Positions 1 to 8,986 of a DNA stretch of 64,000 bases are shown here, one piece after another. Where the stretch lies: the NCBI GenBank assembly GCA_944372585.1, contig CALVZQ010000003.1, positions 93,467 through 157,466 on the forward strand. The letters run 5' to 3'. The notes under the pieces are model-generated. The model did no database searches and was not told the DNA's origin. It saw only the letters and a list, made by a program, of their open reading frames with translations. This stretch comes from an uncultured Clostridia bacterium (GTDB lineage: Bacteria > Bacillota > Clostridia > Christensenellales > UBA1242). Every line of letters begins with the position of its first letter. The stretch's first letter is position 1. A program made the translations under genes and the position numbers.

Positions 1-898
1 TTGTGAAATTGTCTATTTTTTTCTTCAGTTCTTCTTCGTCAAGCAAATCACACTTAGAAAAGACCACGATTTGTTTTGTTTTGAGAAGTTCTTTGTTATA
101 TTTTCCAAGTTCATCATTGATGATTTTGTAATCTTCCACAGCACTTCTTCCTTCACTTTCAGATATGTCAATCAAATGAACAATAAGTCTGACACGCTCA
201 ACGTGTTTCAAGAAATAATGCCCAAGACCAGTCCCTTCACTTGCTCCTTCAATAAGTCCAGGAATGTCCGCAACAACAAAGGTTTCTCCCAAAACTTCAC
301 ATACACCCAAATTGGGATATATTGTTGTGAAAGGATAGTTTGCAATCTTTGGATTTGCGTTTGAAATGACCGACAAAAGTGTGGATTTTCCAACATTTGG
401 AAAACCCACCAATCCAACATCAGCAATGGTTTTAAGTTCCAAAATCACTTCTTTTGGTGAAGTTGTTTCTCCAAGTTGAGAGAATGTTGGTGCCTGTTTG
501 ATTGAAGACTTATAGTAAGCATTTCCATGTCCGCCAACACCACCTTTCAAAGCCACAAAGACAGCGCCATCTTCATTCAAATCAGCAATGATTTTGTCCG
601 TTTTAGGATTGATCAAAACCGTTCCAGTTGGAACAAGAATAATCTCATCTTTTCCACTCTTTCCGGTCTGATTTTTTTGATGTCCGTCTTCGCCATTTTC
701 AGCGACAAATTTCTTTTTGAATCTGAAACTATACAACGTGTTCAAGTCATTAGTGGCCTTGAAAATCACATCTCCACCCTTTCCGCCATCGCCACCATCT
801 GGACCACCATTGGCGGTTTGAGCGGTACGCAAAAAAGAGGTGGAACCTTTGCCACCGTTTCCTGCTTTTATTGAGATTTTAACTCTGTCAAGAAACAT
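1..898 (-). CDS. obg: GTPase Obg/CgtA (partial, runs off left edge)
   Basis: Not in ORF track. Manual translation from ATG at 898 gives MFLDRVKISIKAGNGGKG...GGPDGGDGGKGGDV, then GLVGFPNVGKSTLL, NYPFTT and DIPGLIEGAS. Confidence 0.97.
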   Translation of the reverse strand, partial: MFLDRVKISIKAGNGGKGSTSFLRTAQTANGGPDGGDGGKGGDVIFKATNDLNTLYSFRFKKKFVAENGEDGHQKNQTGKSGKDEIILVPTGTVLINPKTDKIIADLNEDGAVFVALKGGVGGHGNAYYKSSIKQAPTFSQLGETTSPKEVILELKTIADVGLVGFPNVGKSTLLSVISNANPKIANYPFTTIYPNLGVCEVLGETFVVADIPGLIEGASEGTGLGHYFLKHVERVRLIVHLIDISESEGRSAVEDYKIINDELGKYNKELLKTKQIVVFSKCDLLDEEELKKKIDNFT

Positions 899-906
899 AA
901 ACTCTC

Positions 907-1578
907 CTATTTTTTTGTTTTTGCAGCTTCCTTTGTTTTTAAGTCTTCTGGCGGAACGCCAATTCTCGAACTTGGACAATTTGCATTAAAGACACAGTTT
1001 TCACAATCTGGCTTCATTGCCTTGCATACATATCTCCCAAACAAAACCATTTGATAGTGCAATTTTGACCATTCATTTTTTGGAAAGATCTCGCATAATT
1101 TTTCTTCACATTTGTTTGGATCCTTGGTATTCACAAATCCAAGACGATTTGAAACTCTAAGCACATGAGTGTCCACAGCAAAATTATCTCCTCCAAAAGC
1201 CACAGCCATAACAACATTTGCTGTTTTTCTTCCAACTCCCGCAAGCGTCAAAAGGTCATCAAAATTGTCAGGAACTTTCCCGTCAAATCTGCTTATGATA
1301 TCTTGGCTTGCGGACTTGATTGATTTTGCTTTGTTATGATAGAACCCACAAGAATGAATTTTCTCTTCCAATTCTTCTTGTGAAATATCGACAAAATCTT
1401 GTGGTTTGTTGTGAGTTTTAAAAAGTTCATTTGTGACCTGATTGACTCTCTTATCTGTGCATTGGGCAGACAAAATGACTGCAACCAAAAGTTCAAAAGG
1501 AGTTCTATGTTCAAGTTCACATCTTGGATTTTCAATCATTTTATCAAGACCGCTTACAACACTTTTGCTATCTATCAT
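907..1578 (-). CDS. nth: Endonuclease III
   Basis: LLVAVILSAQCTDKRVN, HhH LAGVGRKTANVV, VDTHV, 4Fe-4S motif CKAMKPDCENCVFNANC. Confidence 0.97.
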   Translation of the reverse strand: MIDSKSVVSGLDKMIENPRCELEHRTPFELLVAVILSAQCTDKRVNQVTNELFKTHNKPQDFVDISQEELEEKIHSCGFYHNKAKSIKSASQDIISRFDGKVPDNFDDLLTLAGVGRKTANVVMAVAFGGDNFAVDTHVLRVSNRLGFVNTKDPNKCEEKLCEIFPKNEWSKLHYQMVLFGRYVCKAMKPDCENCVFNANCPSSRIGVPPEDLKTKEAAKTKK

Positions 1579-1594
1579 CGCACAACCTCTTTTG

Positions 1595-3052
1595 TTATTT
1601 CATCAATGGGAAAAGCACAACATCTCTGATGTTTGGGCAATCGAAAATAAATTGCAAGAATCTGTCAATTCCAAAACCCAAACCTGAGATTGGTGGCATA
1701 CCATGTTCCATTGCAAGCAAGAAATCTTCGTCAACGTCCATAGTTTCTTCATCGCCAGCCTTCTTTTCTTCAAGTTGAAGTTCCAATGTTCTTCTTTGAG
1801 TGATTGGATCAACAAGCTCAGAATATGCCTTAACCAGTTCTGCACCACCTGCAACCACTTGGAAAACATCAATAATTCTTTCATCTTTATCATTTCTTCT
1901 GGCAAGAGGAATGAGAGATGCTGGATAGTTGTAAAGAATTGTAGGATTGACAATGTCAGCACGAATTTTACGCTTATAGACATAATCAATAAGGGTTCTG
2001 ACAGTCTTACACTCTTCAAGTTCTGTATAACCAAAAAGTCCTCTGTCAACAACAATCTTTTTCAATTCGTCAACATTATCAATTGAAAGAAAATCACAAC
2101 CCAAAAGTTCTCTCATTCTTGCAACATAATCAATTCTTGGCCATTGTCCACCAAAGTCAATCTCCTGGCCCTGATAGTTGATCTTTGTTGTTCCCAGACA
2201 CTCTTGCATAAGACTCGTCAGCATTGTTTGGAAGAATTTGATGTTGTCTTCAAAGTTCCAATAAGAAGCATACCACTCAACCTGAGTGAATTCTTGAAGG
2301 TGAGATGGATCCATTCCTTCGTTTCTGAAGTCTTTTCCAAGTTCAAAAACTCTGTCAATTCCTGCACCGATACATTGCTTCAAATGACACTCTGTGGCAA
2401 TTCTCAAGTTACATTCAATGTCCAAAGCATTGTGATGTGTGAAGAAAGGTTTTGCACTCGCACCAGAAACACTTGTCTGCAAAATTGGAGTTTCAACTTC
2501 AATGAAACCATTGTCTTCCAAATATCTTCTGATAAATGAAACAACCTTGCTTCTTGTTAAGAAAATCTTTCTGCTGTCTTCATTTGTGATAAGGTCAAGA
2601 TAACGCTGACGATATTTGATCTCGGTGTCTGCAATTCCGTGGAATTTTTCTGGAAGCGGACGAAGTGTTTTTGAAAGCAAAACAACCTTTTCTGCCTTAA
2701 CTGTGATTTCGCCAGTTTGCGTTTGATAAACTTCCCCTTCAACCCCAATAAAGTCACCAATATCAATCATCTTTTTGTAGAAATTATAGTCTTCTTCTGA
2801 AAACTCATTTCTTCCAACTGAAATTTGAATTTTGTCATAGATATCTCTGATTTGGCAGAAACCAAACTTTCCCATTATACGACGAAAAATGATACGACCA
2901 GCAATTTTGACATGTTCGCCCAATTTTTCTCTTGCTTCTTTGATTGTGCAAGTTCTTTCAAACTTCTCTTTGTATGGAATTTCTCCCATTTTCTTGAGTT
3001 CTTCGATTTTTTGTCTTCTTATATCAATTTCGTTTGATAAGTTTTCTTCCAT
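1595..3052 (-). CDS. lysS: Lysine--tRNA ligase (class II)
   Basis: RPLPEKFHG, YRQRYLDLI, FRNEGMD, GMPPISGLGFGIDR. Confidence 0.98.
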   Translation of the reverse strand: MEENLSNEIDIRRQKIEELKKMGEIPYKEKFERTCTIKEAREKLGEHVKIAGRIIFRRIMGKFGFCQIRDIYDKIQISVGRNEFSEEDYNFYKKMIDIGDFIGVEGEVYQTQTGEITVKAEKVVLLSKTLRPLPEKFHGIADTEIKYRQRYLDLITNEDSRKIFLTRSKVVSFIRRYLEDNGFIEVETPILQTSVSGASAKPFFTHHNALDIECNLRIATECHLKQCIGAGIDRVFELGKDFRNEGMDPSHLQEFTQVEWYASYWNFEDNIKFFQTMLTSLMQECLGTTKINYQGQEIDFGGQWPRIDYVARMRELLGCDFLSIDNVDELKKIVVDRGLFGYTELEECKTVRTLIDYVYKRKIRADIVNPTILYNYPASLIPLARRNDKDERIIDVFQVVAGGAELVKAYSELVDPITQRRTLELQLEEKKAGDEETMDVDEDFLLAMEHGMPPISGLGFGIDRFLQFIFDCPNIRDVVLFPLMK

Positions 3053-3083
3053 TTAATGCCTCCGCTTTTTGAATATTATGTTT

Positions 3084-3112
3084 AAATATAACATATAAAA
3101 CAAAGTAAGTCA
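3084..3112 (-). promoter_or_regulatory. Putative sigma-A promoter of lysS-nth-obg
   Basis: On - strand: TTGACT, 17 nt spacer, TATATT with a preceding TG. Confidence 0.55.
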
Positions 3113-3246
3113 ACAAATTAAGGGTTTTGTCATTCGTCAAAATTCGCGCATACACAAAGTGATGAAACATATAAAAATCATTTGGAAAAGAAAATTTTGT
3201 ATGCTAAAATAAAAAAAGTCCAAAATGGACCATTAAGGAGAAAATT

Positions 3247-4089
3247 ATGATTAAAATCATCGTTGATAGTACGGCATATACTCCAAAAGAATATGCTGAA
3301 GCAAATGATATAACTGTTATTCCACTCAGAGTTTTATACAAAGACCAAGAGTTTGATGAAGGGTATCCTGGAACATATGATGCCTTTTTTGAAGATTTCA
3401 CAAAGACAAAAGTTTTTCCAAAAACAAGCCAACCTTCTTTGGAAACTTTCATTGAAGAATATGAAAAAGCCATTGATAAGGGAGATGAAGTCATTGTTTT
3501 CACAATCAGCAGCAACCTTTCTGGCACTTATAGTGTTGCTTGCCTTGCAAAAGATCAATGCAAAGATCCAAGCAAAGTTCATGTGATTGATTCTCAAGGA
3601 AACACCCAAACAGTTTTGGGATATGTAATGGAAGCGGTTAACATGAGAAATGCCGGTGCCACTTGTGAAGAAATCATCAAACGTATTGAAAGCCTTATTC
3701 CAAACAGCGCAGTTTCTTTCATTCCTGACACTTTGGAATATCTCGCAAAAGGTGGAAGAATTGGAAAAGTCACTGCCACAATAGGTTCAATTTTGAAAAT
3801 CAAACCAATAATCACCTTTAAACAAGGGACATTATCCGACAAGAAAAGCATTGGTCTTCAAAAAGCAATGAAGGACCTTATTGCTTCTATCCCTGAAAAA
3901 ATAAAAAGATTGTTCATTATTCATATTGCCAACACAAAATTTTTTGAAATGTTAAAGAAATTTGTTTATGAATATCTCGCAAAACGCCCAGACAAAGACA
4001 AAATTGAAGTTTATGAAGGTGAAGTGGGCCCAGTTAATGCTGCACACGTTGGCCCAGCAATCGGTCTTGCATGGATTGCTGAATCATAA
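3247..4089 (+). CDS. DegV/FakB family fatty-acid-binding protein
   Basis: IIVDST, PKTSQPS, SSNLSGTY, LAKGGRIG, AHVGP motifs. Confidence 0.95.
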   Translation: MIKIIVDSTAYTPKEYAEANDITVIPLRVLYKDQEFDEGYPGTYDAFFEDFTKTKVFPKTSQPSLETFIEEYEKAIDKGDEVIVFTISSNLSGTYSVACLAKDQCKDPSKVHVIDSQGNTQTVLGYVMEAVNMRNAGATCEEIIKRIESLIPNSAVSFIPDTLEYLAKGGRIGKVTATIGSILKIKPIITFKQGTLSDKKSIGLQKAMKDLIASIPEKIKRLFIIHIANTKFFEMLKKFVYEYLAKRPDKDKIEVYEGEVGPVNAAHVGPAIGLAWIAES

Positions 4090-4276
4090 TCTGTCAGCTT
4101 TTCCACTTCGTTTTTGAAGATTAATAAAAACAAGTGTTTCACTTTTTAGATATTGTTTTGTTAATAAACAACCTTCAGAAAGTTGTCATCAATTTTAGGT
4201 TCTTGAAAAAAGAACTATTTTCCTGATGCAATCTATGTTATAATGTCAATAACAAAATAAAAATTGGAGGATTAAA

Positions 4277-5014
4277 ATGATAAAGAAAACAGCAATAATC
4301 ATTGGTGCTTCAAGTGATATCGGACTTGAAACTGCAAAACATATGGCTCAAGAAGGATTTAATTTGGCACTTACATACAACTCAAATCAAGTTGATTTTG
4401 AAAAAGAAATTGAAAACAAGAAAAACATTGAAATCAAAAGTTATAAACTTGATTTATGCCAACCTACACAAATTAAGAAGGTGTTTGAAGAAATGGAAAG
4501 CGATTTCAAGTATTGGGATACTTTGGTTTTTTGTTCTGGCGTTGCCCAAAAAAGACAACTGATTTTTGATGTGTCTGATGAAGAAATCGACAATCTGTTT
4601 GAAGTAAACATCAAATCTGCAATCAGATGCATAAGAGAATTCACAAAGCGCACAATAAACAAGAACCCTGCAGGCATAGTTTTGATTGGCTCTTTCGTCA
4701 ACAAAAACGGTTGTTCCTGTGAAAGTGTTTACACAGCAACAAAAAGTGGACTTTCCGGCTTGTGCAAATCATTGGCAAGCGAACTTGGAAATCTTGATGT
4801 GAGAATAAATGTCGTTGCACCTGGCTTCATTGACACAAAAATGAACAACAATCTTTCACAAGAAGAAAAAGATGAATTTTGTGAAATTACCCCTCTCAAA
4901 AGGCTTGGAACAACAGATGACATTGCAAACGCAGTTGCATTTTTGTCAAGTGATAAAGCATCTTTCATCACCGGTCAAACCTTGTATGTAGATGGTGGTT
5001 TAGTGCTTGAATAA
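4277..5014 (+). CDS. SDR family oxidoreductase (FabG-like)
   Basis: GASSDIG, YTATK, NVVAPGFIDT, ITGQTLYVDGG. Confidence 0.9.
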   Translation: MIKKTAIIIGASSDIGLETAKHMAQEGFNLALTYNSNQVDFEKEIENKKNIEIKSYKLDLCQPTQIKKVFEEMESDFKYWDTLVFCSGVAQKRQLIFDVSDEEIDNLFEVNIKSAIRCIREFTKRTINKNPAGIVLIGSFVNKNGCSCESVYTATKSGLSGLCKSLASELGNLDVRINVVAPGFIDTKMNNNLSQEEKDEFCEITPLKRLGTTDDIANAVAFLSSDKASFITGQTLYVDGGLVLE

Positions 5015-5195
5015 TTGCATAATACACAACATCTTGTGTGATATGCAATCTAATTTTGAAAATTTTGATAATTTTTGTTATTTTGAATTTTTTTTGCTTT
5101 TGTTGGGTTTTGTTTGTGTTTCGTGTCGAAATGTGATATAATAGCAATGAATTTTGGATATTTTTAATTTTTACAGAAAGAGAAAGGAGCAATTT

Positions 5196-6392
5196 ATGGC
5201 AAAAGAAAATGCTTACGAATTTAACAATTTAACAAAGGCTCAACAAGATTGTTTATCACTTATTGAGTCTTTGGGAATTTACGAACTCAGAGCCCTTGCA
5301 AGAGTTTTTGGCGACAATTCCCCTACCACCCTAAAAAGAAATGACCATATCTCCATTGTTATGAACAAAATAATCTCTGGAGAAGACTTGAAGCCAATTC
5401 CTCTCAGACAAGGCAGACCATACAAAGAACTCAGCAATATTGAAGGCATTTTGGCGGAACTTTCTCAAATCACTGGAAAGGACTACTCATTGAAGTCTAG
5501 CCAACAAAGAGGGACAAACAGATTGCAAAAAGTTGTCACTTTCAGACAATTGGAAGACGATGTGGTCAAACAAAAGCTCTTTCCAATCAAAGTCAAAGGA
5601 ATTCTTTGTGAAAGAAACGAAAAAGAATTTTTCTTCTACAACCAACAAATCTCAGAGAAAAAAGGGTTCGTTTTGGTTAAAAAGAATATGGACACCAGAC
5701 TTAAACCTTATGACTATGTTGTTGGAACCGCCGTCATTATGAATGAGGAAAAAGATTATATTCTTGACAGCATAGAATATCTCAACTTCCAAAATTATCA
5801 AAACTATCAAGACATAACAAATGAATATGAACAGACTGTTCCAACTCAAAAACTTGTTTTTGAAAATAATGAAATTGTTTTAGGAAGCAGATATATGTTG
5901 AAACAAAGCAAATTTGTTGATAATGTTGACAAATTCAAAAATTTGCTTAAAAAACTCAATGAAAACAAGATAGTCACTTTGGGAATCATTCCAAATGTTA
6001 TGTTTGAAGATCAAGAATCAATCAAAAATCTTGGTTTCAACAGTTTGTTTGTTCTCAATTATAATGACCGCCCACTCTCTGCGTATGAAACGATGCTCAT
6101 GGTCATTGAACATGTCAAGCGTTTGCAGCAACAAGGATTGAGAGTTGCTTTGTTTGTGCAAGACATAACAACCCTGGCAAACGATGTTGATTTTGCTTTC
6201 AAAACAAACACAAAAGTTCTCATGGGACACACGGAAAATGCCGTTGACATAATCAAACAACTCATGCTTTTGGCCAAGGCAGGTGGAGAACATAAACATA
6301 CAACCATTTTCACCACCTTGGACGAAACAGATATGTTTGACCAAATGTATGTTTCAGCTGTTTACAAAGTTTCAAAAAAGATTGAGTTATAA
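5196..6392 (+). CDS. Degenerate Rho-like protein (Rho N-terminal helix bundle, OB-like region, eroded RecA-like domain)
   Basis: Start at ATG 5196 after AGGAG. LGIYELRALARVFG...LKRND resembles Rho_N; VALFVQDITTLA resembles Rho VVILLDSITRLA; KQLMLLAKAGGEHKHTTIFTTL resembles [21 protein letters not shown]. No Walker A. Confidence 0.72.
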   Translation: MAKENAYEFNNLTKAQQDCLSLIESLGIYELRALARVFGDNSPTTLKRNDHISIVMNKIISGEDLKPIPLRQGRPYKELSNIEGILAELSQITGKDYSLKSSQQRGTNRLQKVVTFRQLEDDVVKQKLFPIKVKGILCERNEKEFFFYNQQISEKKGFVLVKKNMDTRLKPYDYVVGTAVIMNEEKDYILDSIEYLNFQNYQNYQDITNEYEQTVPTQKLVFENNEIVLGSRYMLKQSKFVDNVDKFKNLLKKLNENKIVTLGIIPNVMFEDQESIKNLGFNSLFVLNYNDRPLSAYETMLMVIEHVKRLQQQGLRVALFVQDITTLANDVDFAFKTNTKVLMGHTENAVDIIKQLMLLAKAGGEHKHTTIFTTLDETDMFDQMYVSAVYKVSKKIEL

Positions 6393-6426
6393 GATTCAAC
6401 AAACAAACGATTGTCATTGCAAATAG

Positions 6427-6462
6427 GCGTTTTTATGAATTCATAAGAACGCTTTGTTTTTT
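6427..6462 (+). terminator. Intrinsic terminator after Rho-like gene
   Basis: Stem gcgtttttatga / tcataagaacgc followed by T-rich tract. Confidence 0.65.
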
Positions 6463-6541
6463 GTTTGACTTTATATGTCTAAATTTCTATACTTAATAAT
6501 ATAATTTTAAGAGCAACCTCGCCCATTCAACTGGAGGTATA

Positions 6542-7393
6542 ATGAGCAATATTATTCTTTCAATACCAAGTGGTTTTGACCTGTTTGGTTGGAGAGTGAA
6601 TTTCTACGGAATTATCAGCGCCCTCTCGTATCTTTTAGGCATCGTCATCACTTGTCTTGTCGCAAAAAAGAGAGGCTTCAAAATTGAAGATATAGTGACG
6701 CTTGCTTGCTATGTCATTCCTTTTGCCATTATTGGTGCAAGACTTTACTATGTTTTGTTTAGATTGGAATATTACACAAACTTTTGGGATATCTTTAAAA
6801 TTTGGGAAGGCGGACTTGGGTTCTACGGCGGTTTGATTGGCGGAGCATTAGCAGTCCTGCTTTATTGTCTTATCCACAAAAAAAACTTCTTTGCCTTGAT
6901 TGATATCATCGCCCCTGCCCTTATTTGTGCTCAAGCACTTGGACGTTGGGGAAACTTCTTCAATCAAGAAGCATATGGCCATCCGATTGACAATCCAAAT
7001 TGGCAATGGTTTCCATTTGGAGTTTACATTGACCATTGCACACAACCTGACTGCACCTGTGATGGAAGTGGCTGGCATTTGGCAACATTTTTCTATGAAA
7101 GTTTGTGGAATTTCATATCCTTTGCAATCTTGATGATTTTGCTTTACAAGGTTAACTTCAAAAGAAATGGAATGGTTGCTTCATATTATCTCATTCTCTA
7201 TGGCATCGGAAGAATGTTCATTGAAGGGTTGAGAACTGACAGTTTGTATTTGGGTTCAATCAGAATCTCACAATTGCTGAGTGTGCTGTTCATAATTCTT
7301 GGGCTGGCAATAATCTTATACAACACCCTGACCAAAAAGAAGAGCAAGGACAGTTTTGACAAGATAATGGAAATTGTGAAAACCGACCTATAA
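6542..7393 (+). CDS. lgt: Prolipoprotein diacylglyceryl transferase
   Basis: GARLYYV, IWEGGL.FYGG, QALGRWGNFFNQEAYG, FFYES, EGLRTD. Confidence 0.97.
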   Translation: MSNIILSIPSGFDLFGWRVNFYGIISALSYLLGIVITCLVAKKRGFKIEDIVTLACYVIPFAIIGARLYYVLFRLEYYTNFWDIFKIWEGGLGFYGGLIGGALAVLLYCLIHKKNFFALIDIIAPALICAQALGRWGNFFNQEAYGHPIDNPNWQWFPFGVYIDHCTQPDCTCDGSGWHLATFFYESLWNFISFAILMILLYKVNFKRNGMVASYYLILYGIGRMFIEGLRTDSLYLGSIRISQLLSVLFIILGLAIILYNTLTKKKSKDSFDKIMEIVKTDL

Positions 7394-7452
7394 ACTTATA
7401 TAAAACAATCAATGTTCAGTTTAAAACATAAATTTATAAACATAATAACTCC

Positions 7453-7953
7453 ATGAAGGGAAGAGTGTTTGGGATTAAGAAAAGTCTGCTGTTGAAAATA
7501 ACGGCAATTTTTCTTTTTTTATGCTTTGACATCACAACTTTTTTCGCGTTTTACTCCCTGAAAATTCCAGACCTTTGGTTTTATAATTTTTGCATTTGCC
7601 TTGGTTTGTTTCAAATTGTCAAGAGCTTTTTCTTTAAACTTGACAGTGCCCTTTACATTGGATTTTTACTTTTGTTTGTTGGAATTGCCGGGTATCTTTT
7701 TTGGTTTTCGGAGTTTCGTCAATATGCCCCATTCTTCATCTCTTCATCATTCATTTTGGCATCAATTTTCACCTTTGTTTTCACTGGACAAAACTTTCAC
7801 CTCATATTTGCTTATTCGCTAATTTTCGTGACTATTTTTGCTCTTTTGCTGGCAAAAAATTTTATAACATTGCCTATTTTTATTGCTTTTATATCTCTAT
7901 TTTTGGTATCATTAGTTGTAGAAATATTATATGACAAAAAATGGAGAAAGTAG
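7453..7953 (+). CDS. Hypothetical integral membrane protein
   Basis: 166 aa, almost entirely hydrophobic segments; adjoins next gene. Confidence 0.65.
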   Translation: MKGRVFGIKKSLLLKITAIFLFLCFDITTFFAFYSLKIPDLWFYNFCICLGLFQIVKSFFFKLDSALYIGFLLLFVGIAGYLFWFSEFRQYAPFFISSSFILASIFTFVFTGQNFHLIFAYSLIFVTIFALLLAKNFITLPIFIAFISLFLVSLVVEILYDKKWRK

Positions 7954-8591
7954 GTATGTTTTCACAGGAAACTGACGGTTACAAAAAATCAGAAGTAGAC
8001 AGTTACATTCAAAGAATGAAAGCAAATTATGAAGCAAAACTCATGGAAGAAAAACTTAAGGCTTTGGATTCTGAAAAAAAAGTTTTGGACATGAAAAATG
8101 AACGCTTTGAAATTGAAAACAAAGAAAAAAACATCATGACCGCTCTCAATGCCATTGAAAAAGCAAAAAAATTTCAAGAAGAAGGTTCAAAAACTTACTA
8201 TAAGTTGATCATGGACAAATTGGAATTGCTGATTAAGGAGTTGTCATTGAAATTTCCAGAACTGAAAAGAAATCAAGACTTCATGAATTTGCTTTACGAA
8301 TTTTCAAACATCATTCATGATTATAAAGACAAACTTGAGAAAGCTTCTGTCATCACCCAACCAATCTATTCAGAAAACGACAGCATGCGTCTTCTTCTAA
8401 ACAAAATGCAAGACTATAAAAAAGGGCAAGAGCCTCCAAAAGAAGTCCATATTTCTACCATAAAAAAGATGCCAAAAACATTGAAAGATGTCCCAGTAAG
8501 TGAAAGCGGCTTTGATTTTGAAGAAGCTTTGAATCCAACAGAGGACTTGGAGGAAATCATGAAGGCATTTGATTTCTACAATCAAAACTAA
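7941..8591 (+). CDS. DivIVA-domain coiled-coil protein
   Basis: N-terminal FSQETDGYKKSEVDSYI matches the DivIVA F-x5-GY-x3-EVD pattern, followed by coiled coil; alternative start 7956. Confidence 0.65.
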   Translation: MEKVGMFSQETDGYKKSEVDSYIQRMKANYEAKLMEEKLKALDSEKKVLDMKNERFEIENKEKNIMTALNAIEKAKKFQEEGSKTYYKLIMDKLELLIKELSLKFPELKRNQDFMNLLYEFSNIIHDYKDKLEKASVITQPIYSENDSMRLLLNKMQDYKKGQEPPKEVHISTIKKMPKTLKDVPVSESGFDFEEALNPTEDLEEIMKAFDFYNQN

Positions 8592-8611
8592 AACAAAGGA
8601 AGGGAGAGAAA

Positions 8612-8863
8612 ATGATTGAATACAAATTTGACACACAACTTTTGATCGAAGGAAAAAATTTGTCCGATGAAAAAATCAGACAATACATCACAGACAACAT
8701 TGAAGGAGATTGTTTGCTTGTTGTTGGAGATGAAGAACTTATCAAAATTCATTTCCACACAAACACTCCATGGAAAGTTCTGGAATATTGTGACTCTCTT
8801 GGTGACATTCAAGACATTGTTGTCGAAAACATGGAAAGACAGGCAAATGGCTTGCATGGTTGA
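8612..8863 (+). CDS. Stand-alone FakA/DAK2-protein middle domain
   Basis: GDCLLVVGDEELIKIHFHTNTPWKVLEY...GDIQDIVVENMERQ matches the middle domain of YloV/FakA. Confidence 0.85.
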   Translation: MIEYKFDTQLLIEGKNLSDEKIRQYITDNIEGDCLLVVGDEELIKIHFHTNTPWKVLEYCDSLGDIQDIVVENMERQANGLHG

Positions 8864-8915
8864 TTCAAATCAAAATACATCATTGATTTGCCATGTTTTT
8901 GTGTTAAATCAACAT

Positions 8916-8945
8916 AAAAAGCACCGTCAATTTGATGGTGCTTCT
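8916..8945. terminator. Bidirectional intrinsic terminator
   Basis: aagcaccgtcaa-t-ttgatggtgctt between convergent genes. Confidence 0.8.
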
Positions 8946-8986
8946 ATTATTTACACTTACAAATTTTAAACTTTTGTTGTTTCTTG

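Noticed and set aside
71-874. Short ORFs 71-364, 208-426 and 527-874
   Set aside because: Shadows of obg, which the ORF track missed because it runs off the window edge
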